Shown: piece by piece, positions 59,331 through 64,000 of the stretch
Numbering within the stretch: the first letter of the stretch is position 1
How the letters are laid out: every line of letters starts with the position of its first letter
Assembly: GCF_001194135.2 (NCBI RefSeq)
Contig: NC_069001.1
Span: forward strand, 33,043,545 to 33,107,544
Reading direction: 5' to 3'
DNA: 64,000 nt
Origin: Octopus bimaculoides
Lineage: Eukaryota
Notes under the pieces: model-generated
The model's input: the letters and a program-made list of their open reading frames with translations, nothing else
Told to the model about the DNA's origin: nothing
Database searches by the model: none
Program-made: the position numbers and the translations under genes

Positions 59331-60579
59331 ATTTATCTGCATGACCATTACTCCTCCCATTTTCTCTCTCTTAAAAATCTCAGGCTTTATACCTATTTAT
59401 TTATGAAAATATTGCTATTATTTATTTTCACGGAATACTTTTTTAACATGAATTACTTTTTCAGTTGTTCTTAGTGTTACCAGAGATCTTTTGATTTTCT
59501 CAAATTGCTGTTAAACTGAAGGTTTGAAAGTATGTAAACCATTAAAAAAATTTTTTTTCTCTTTTATCCCTCCATCATGACACAGTACACTGGCTAAATA
59601 GTATGTAAAGCTAAACTTCCTCTGGGTTATATTTTAGCTCATGTGCCAGTATATATGCTCGATTTGTGATTGAATTTGTTTTGAAGAGAACCAGAAAAAT
59701 GTAATTATTAATTATCTAATGAATTTTCATCAAGTGTGGATTGAACATCTATCCTCTCCCCCTCAGGAATTTTTTTTTGTTAGTATTTATAACTTATACT
59801 CCTGAACTCCTGGTTTGATTACTTGTAGGAAACTTTAAAAAAAAATGTAACACAACATCAAATTATACCAAAATTTGTCAGATTAGAAAATTCCAGTAAT
59901 TCAGATCTATGATCAAATTTATTCTCAATTATAATCAATGGGAAAAATCATTAACATTATAAATTACCATTTTCTCCTGGCCTATAAATTTGTGGCATGG
60001 ATTTTATAAAAGAAACCAGCAATGTTATACTTTGATTTCAACCAAAAATTTCTACAATTTTTTTTAGTAGAGCTCTGCCTAACTTCTGGTTTAGACATTT
60101 TGAATTGTAGAAAATTTAAGAATTAGTTGAAACTAGTAATAAAAATATTTTAAAAATAAAAACATAACTAAATATACACCAGTAAAACTAACAATATGAC
60201 ATTGAGATGTGTCATAAAGATGAAACAAAACTGGGTGTACCATATCAAAAATCTGTCAAATCTGGAAAATGTTGTATTCTCTAATTTTGGAATGAAAATG
60301 TTATTAGGATTGTTAAATATCTGGAGATGAACTTTTGATAAAAACCAAGAGATATTTTTCTTGCTTATTCTTATGTGCAATGAGTAAGCAAAGAAGTTGA
60401 TCTTCAGACTAAGGTTTCATTTCATTCTTTCGTCAATATTTGAAATATGTGTCTAGTATATGAGTTATCATTATTTATGAATTATCATTTTTTAAAATAG
60501 AAGAAAATATATAAACTTAAAAAATCCTTCCCCCAAAATAGAGGACATACTACTGGTCAAGGAATTGGATGTTAGCTCT

Positions 60580-60731
60580 CAGGGGTGGACTGGGGGGCTG
60601 AGAGGCATGTGCCCTTCCTCCCAAGAAAAGAAGTGCACTCTTCTAAATAATGTTATTATGCCCTTTTCTCCTGGAATTGTATTTCCTTCTGACCTTGTGC
60701 CCTCCCTTCGAAAAATTCCTGGGACTGCGCC
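60580..60731. mobile_element. Possible GC-rich hAT-type MITE
   Basis: caggggtggactggg ... cctgggactgcgcc ends, with tagctct repeated on both flanks. Confidence 0.45.
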
Positions 60732-61615
60732 TAGCTCTAGTCAAGTAATGTGTACATCCATTAGTGGTAAAGCTTCTATCAATGATTTGGCTTACAAAAT
60801 ATCCTCAAGAAATCTTGTCACTGATAGTGTTATATATAAGCTAATCATTTCAAAATCATGACATTGAACATGAGATGTTCAAAACATAAGTGGAACCCTT
60901 TTACTCAATGTGGGGCTTCTAAAATAAATCATGGGAATATTTGTGTCGATTGTGTTTACTATGCAATGAAGGGTACAATTTGATAGACATCATGTGCCTT
61001 CTGAACAACCATACATACAATTAGAAGTGCCTTTTCACCAGTTTTAAATGTATGTCTTGTATTTCCCTGTTTTTACTGTTGTAGGTGGGCATCTTTAATC
61101 ATTATAAGGCAAATATTTTGTAGAGGAAGGATGCAGCCAATTAACTTGTGATCCCTGTATACTATTAGCATTCATTGTATAAACTTAGGTGTTATGAAAA
61201 AAACATTAAACAAAAAAAAAAAAACTTGCAAAACAGTAAAGGTTCAGACAATTTCCAAATTTTATGTAAATACTTGATTTACAGAACCATTCAAAACCTA
61301 TTTTAGGATGGAAAAAAAAAAAAAAATTCAACACAGTCATGAAGCAGTATTTTTATTACAAAGTTATAATCTTCATCATCATTGTTTTGTATATCCTTCT
61401 GATGGTGCACAGGTACTGACAGTATTCTTGTTGTCAATCACAAGGTCATGTCATTTTGAGAGTTTGGCTGTCATCCTTGGGTTTTGTTTTGGTTTTCTTT
61501 TGTGTTGGGCTTTTTCGGCCTTGGTGTTTCCATCATGTTAACACCCCTGTTTACTAGCTGTATATAGTATGTGTTCACTCTGTTGCAACTGTGTTGTGAT
61601 ATATTCAATTATAAA

Positions 61616-61621
61616 AATAAA
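61616..61621 (+). terminator. Candidate polyadenylation signal AATAAA (would give a 3' UTR of about 3.4 kb)
   Basis: Hexamer after a long U/UG-rich stretch. AATAAA is common in AT-rich DNA, so this is weak. Confidence 0.25.
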
Positions 61622-61849
61622 AACATTCTATGCATAATATTTGATTTATGGAAAATTTAAAAAAAATTCCAGGTTGCACAAAAATCTGTATTTCCATGTT
61701 TGTGAAAATATGGTCCCTCATTCATTGTTGTTTTAAAGGATTATGTCCCAGCACTGAAAGGACCAAACTATTACTCATCAGTAACAAGTAAGTAGGATGC
61801 TTTGACGTTTATTTTTTATCTGCCCTTTTCTCAGATAAACATGATGAAT

Positions 61850-61955
61850 TTTAGTGCCTTGCCCAGTGCACAGCACAATGCCAGCAGTGGGATATGAACT
61901 CACAACTCTTCAGCCAAGAGAGTCACATGTTACCTCCTCAGCCATTGCAACTCTT
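61850..61955 (-). mobile_element. tRNA-derived SINE fragment
   Basis: ccttgcccagtgcacagcac...gtgggatatgaactcacaactc, a CORE-like segment plus reverse B-box. Confidence 0.5.
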
Positions 61956-63946
61956 CAACATAGATACTTAACATACAGTGTGTGTATGCATATATGTACA
62001 GGAGTGTGTGTGTGTACTAACTAATGTTGGTTTTGTAGTTCTTAGTAGAATTATTTGATGAGATTGTAAACATAACTGGTATACTTTTATGCGTTCAATG
62101 ATGTGTGCATTGATGACATTAATATTGATTGTTGAAAACTGACCATAGCTAGTATACCAGTTGTTTGGCCAAACTGCTGTTTGTGATACATGTCCAATAA
62201 CACTGGTATTTTATTTATAACTGAAAACAGCAAAGAAATGTGAGGATTGAATGGCTGAGATATGAACTTTTGAACCATAAATCTTCAGTTTAAACATTGC
62301 CACATACTTTAGAATGTGTCTTTGTGTACTGAGCAAGATACCTCTTTTATCTCTATCAATGTATATAGAAAACAAATTTAATCAGTTTTACTATACCTGT
62401 GATTGTTGTTATGAAGAGAACTCCTCCCTAATTTCTTTCATCAACTCATGTAAATGCATGAAGTTGCATATTTATCCGACATATCTATCTCAATATTGGG
62501 GAAATGAGTGTAACATAATTAAAATACAACCATATTGAAAGACATTTTACTTTCAAAAATATCTGTTACCTACAATTTATTCTTCAGCAAGCTAAAACCT
62601 TACTTTGACTACATACACCATTCTTCTGATTATATATAAATATGTTTTATGCATAACATTTGCTTTATGGAAAATTAATTAAGATATGAGTTACCAGATA
62701 GCTACAGAGGACAAGCATTGTCTAAAAGATATTTTTTTCTTCAGAATTTTCAGCTGCAAAATAATAACTATAGATTACAACCCCTTAGCTTTTAAGAAGG
62801 AAATGAGCCACTCAGGGAATAGACTATGTATATGTGGGTGGGTGTGTGTGTTTATATATATATATAACTTATTGTTTTTCACATTTTCCTTATTGGATTT
62901 ACTTGAAGCAAATCAGCAATTCCTGTTTGTCAATATCCAATGTCTAAATGTACAGAACTATTAAAACTTTAACGGAGATATTGATGGTAAAGAGAAATGT
63001 TTTAACACTAAATCAGTATTACATATTGATTAAAATCTATCAGGCATACAATATTTTGATCATATAAAAAATAACATTTGGATTTATCTGTGAGATGGCA
63101 GTGATGGGGCAGTTATGCAGAATTCTAAATAAAAAGTACGACATGACATGATATGATAGCATTGTTCTGACTGCAATGAATTTGAATGAGGCTCCACAAG
63201 ATTTAATTCATGATCCATCAACTCACATGTTCTCTTCTAAAACCCAAATTTAGATTAAGGACAAAATATATATCCTCCTGCTAAAATTATATAGTATTGG
63301 CTAATTAACTACATCATTGTTGTATACACACATGCATATTAATGCATGTGTATTTATTGTAAATACAGTGTCTTTGCAGTTAAATGTGGTATATACATAT
63401 CTATATGTATTGAGCAGTATGAGAGATATTAGTGATGAGAGATCAAAAAATATGAATTTTATTGCTGCTTTAGGTTTTAATATAATCATTGTCAGATGAG
63501 GTGACAGAGACAAGTAAGCATTATTCAGAAAGATGTAGGGATAGAAAGACAGATAGGCAAACATCTCATTATATGTAGTCCATGAAACAAAATTATGTAT
63601 AAAAGACATTAGTTCACAGCACAACAGTTTTATAAATAATAAAAAAAAAAGAGCAAAATAATTACGGAAACTTTACTAATAGCAAAATTCAAACCAAAAA
63701 TCAATACACAGATACAAATAAATTATAAAATCTACCAGGACTTAAACTGTTGATGAGATCAGTAAAGTCTTGAAATGTTATTGGAAAGAAACATTATTTT
63801 CCTTGATAAATATAAGGAATAATAAAGAAATGTGAAAAATCCCTAAAAAAATAAAATTCAGACAACTGAATTCTTACATACAAACAAACACACTCATGCA
63901 ATATATACATACATAAAATGAAAAGTAAGCAAGTATTAAAAAACAC

Positions 63947-63951
<5 letters not shown>

Positions 63952-64000
<49 letters not shown>
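63952..64000. repeat. (TA)n microsatellite at the window end
   Basis: Direct reading. Confidence 0.95.

Noticed and set aside
1-64000. CRISPR arrays, rRNA, operons or other prokaryotic systems; a nested protein-coding gene on the minus strand
   Set aside because: No regularly spaced repeat-spacer arrays or rRNA-like sequence. All minus-strand coding signals I could identify are transposon remnants.

Overview
Eukaryotic, AT-rich, microsatellite-dense genomic DNA with four N gaps. The repeat families and the style of the scaffold point to an octopus (inference). One gene spans the window on the + strand: an Elk/Kv12 (KCNH8-like) EAG-family voltage-gated K+ channel. I could reconstruct 14 GT-AG exons with consistent phases from 6226 to the stop at 58237-58239, about 1008 codons. 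They encode PAS, N-linker, S1-S6 with a TVGFG filter, C-linker, CNBHD, a disordered tail and a C-terminal coiled coil. Exon 1 (PAS cap) is not in the window. The introns hold tRNA-derived SINEs, RTE, Tx1-like and R4/Dong-like LINE remnants, decayed Helitrons, and hAT, mariner, Tigger and piggyBac-like DNA elements. The best lead is a 48-codon ATG-initiated exon with a GTGAGT donor (27177-27320), too short for the ORF track, inside the 17.1-kb intron 4. It splices in frame onto the S1 exon at the same junction used by hERG1b, which suggests an internal-promoter, PAS-less Elk isoform. Other leads are a 62-bp hairpin just upstream of the pore exon, two substitutions at Elk-signature histidines (S4 H to P, S6 H to Y) and several possible C-terminal splice variants.
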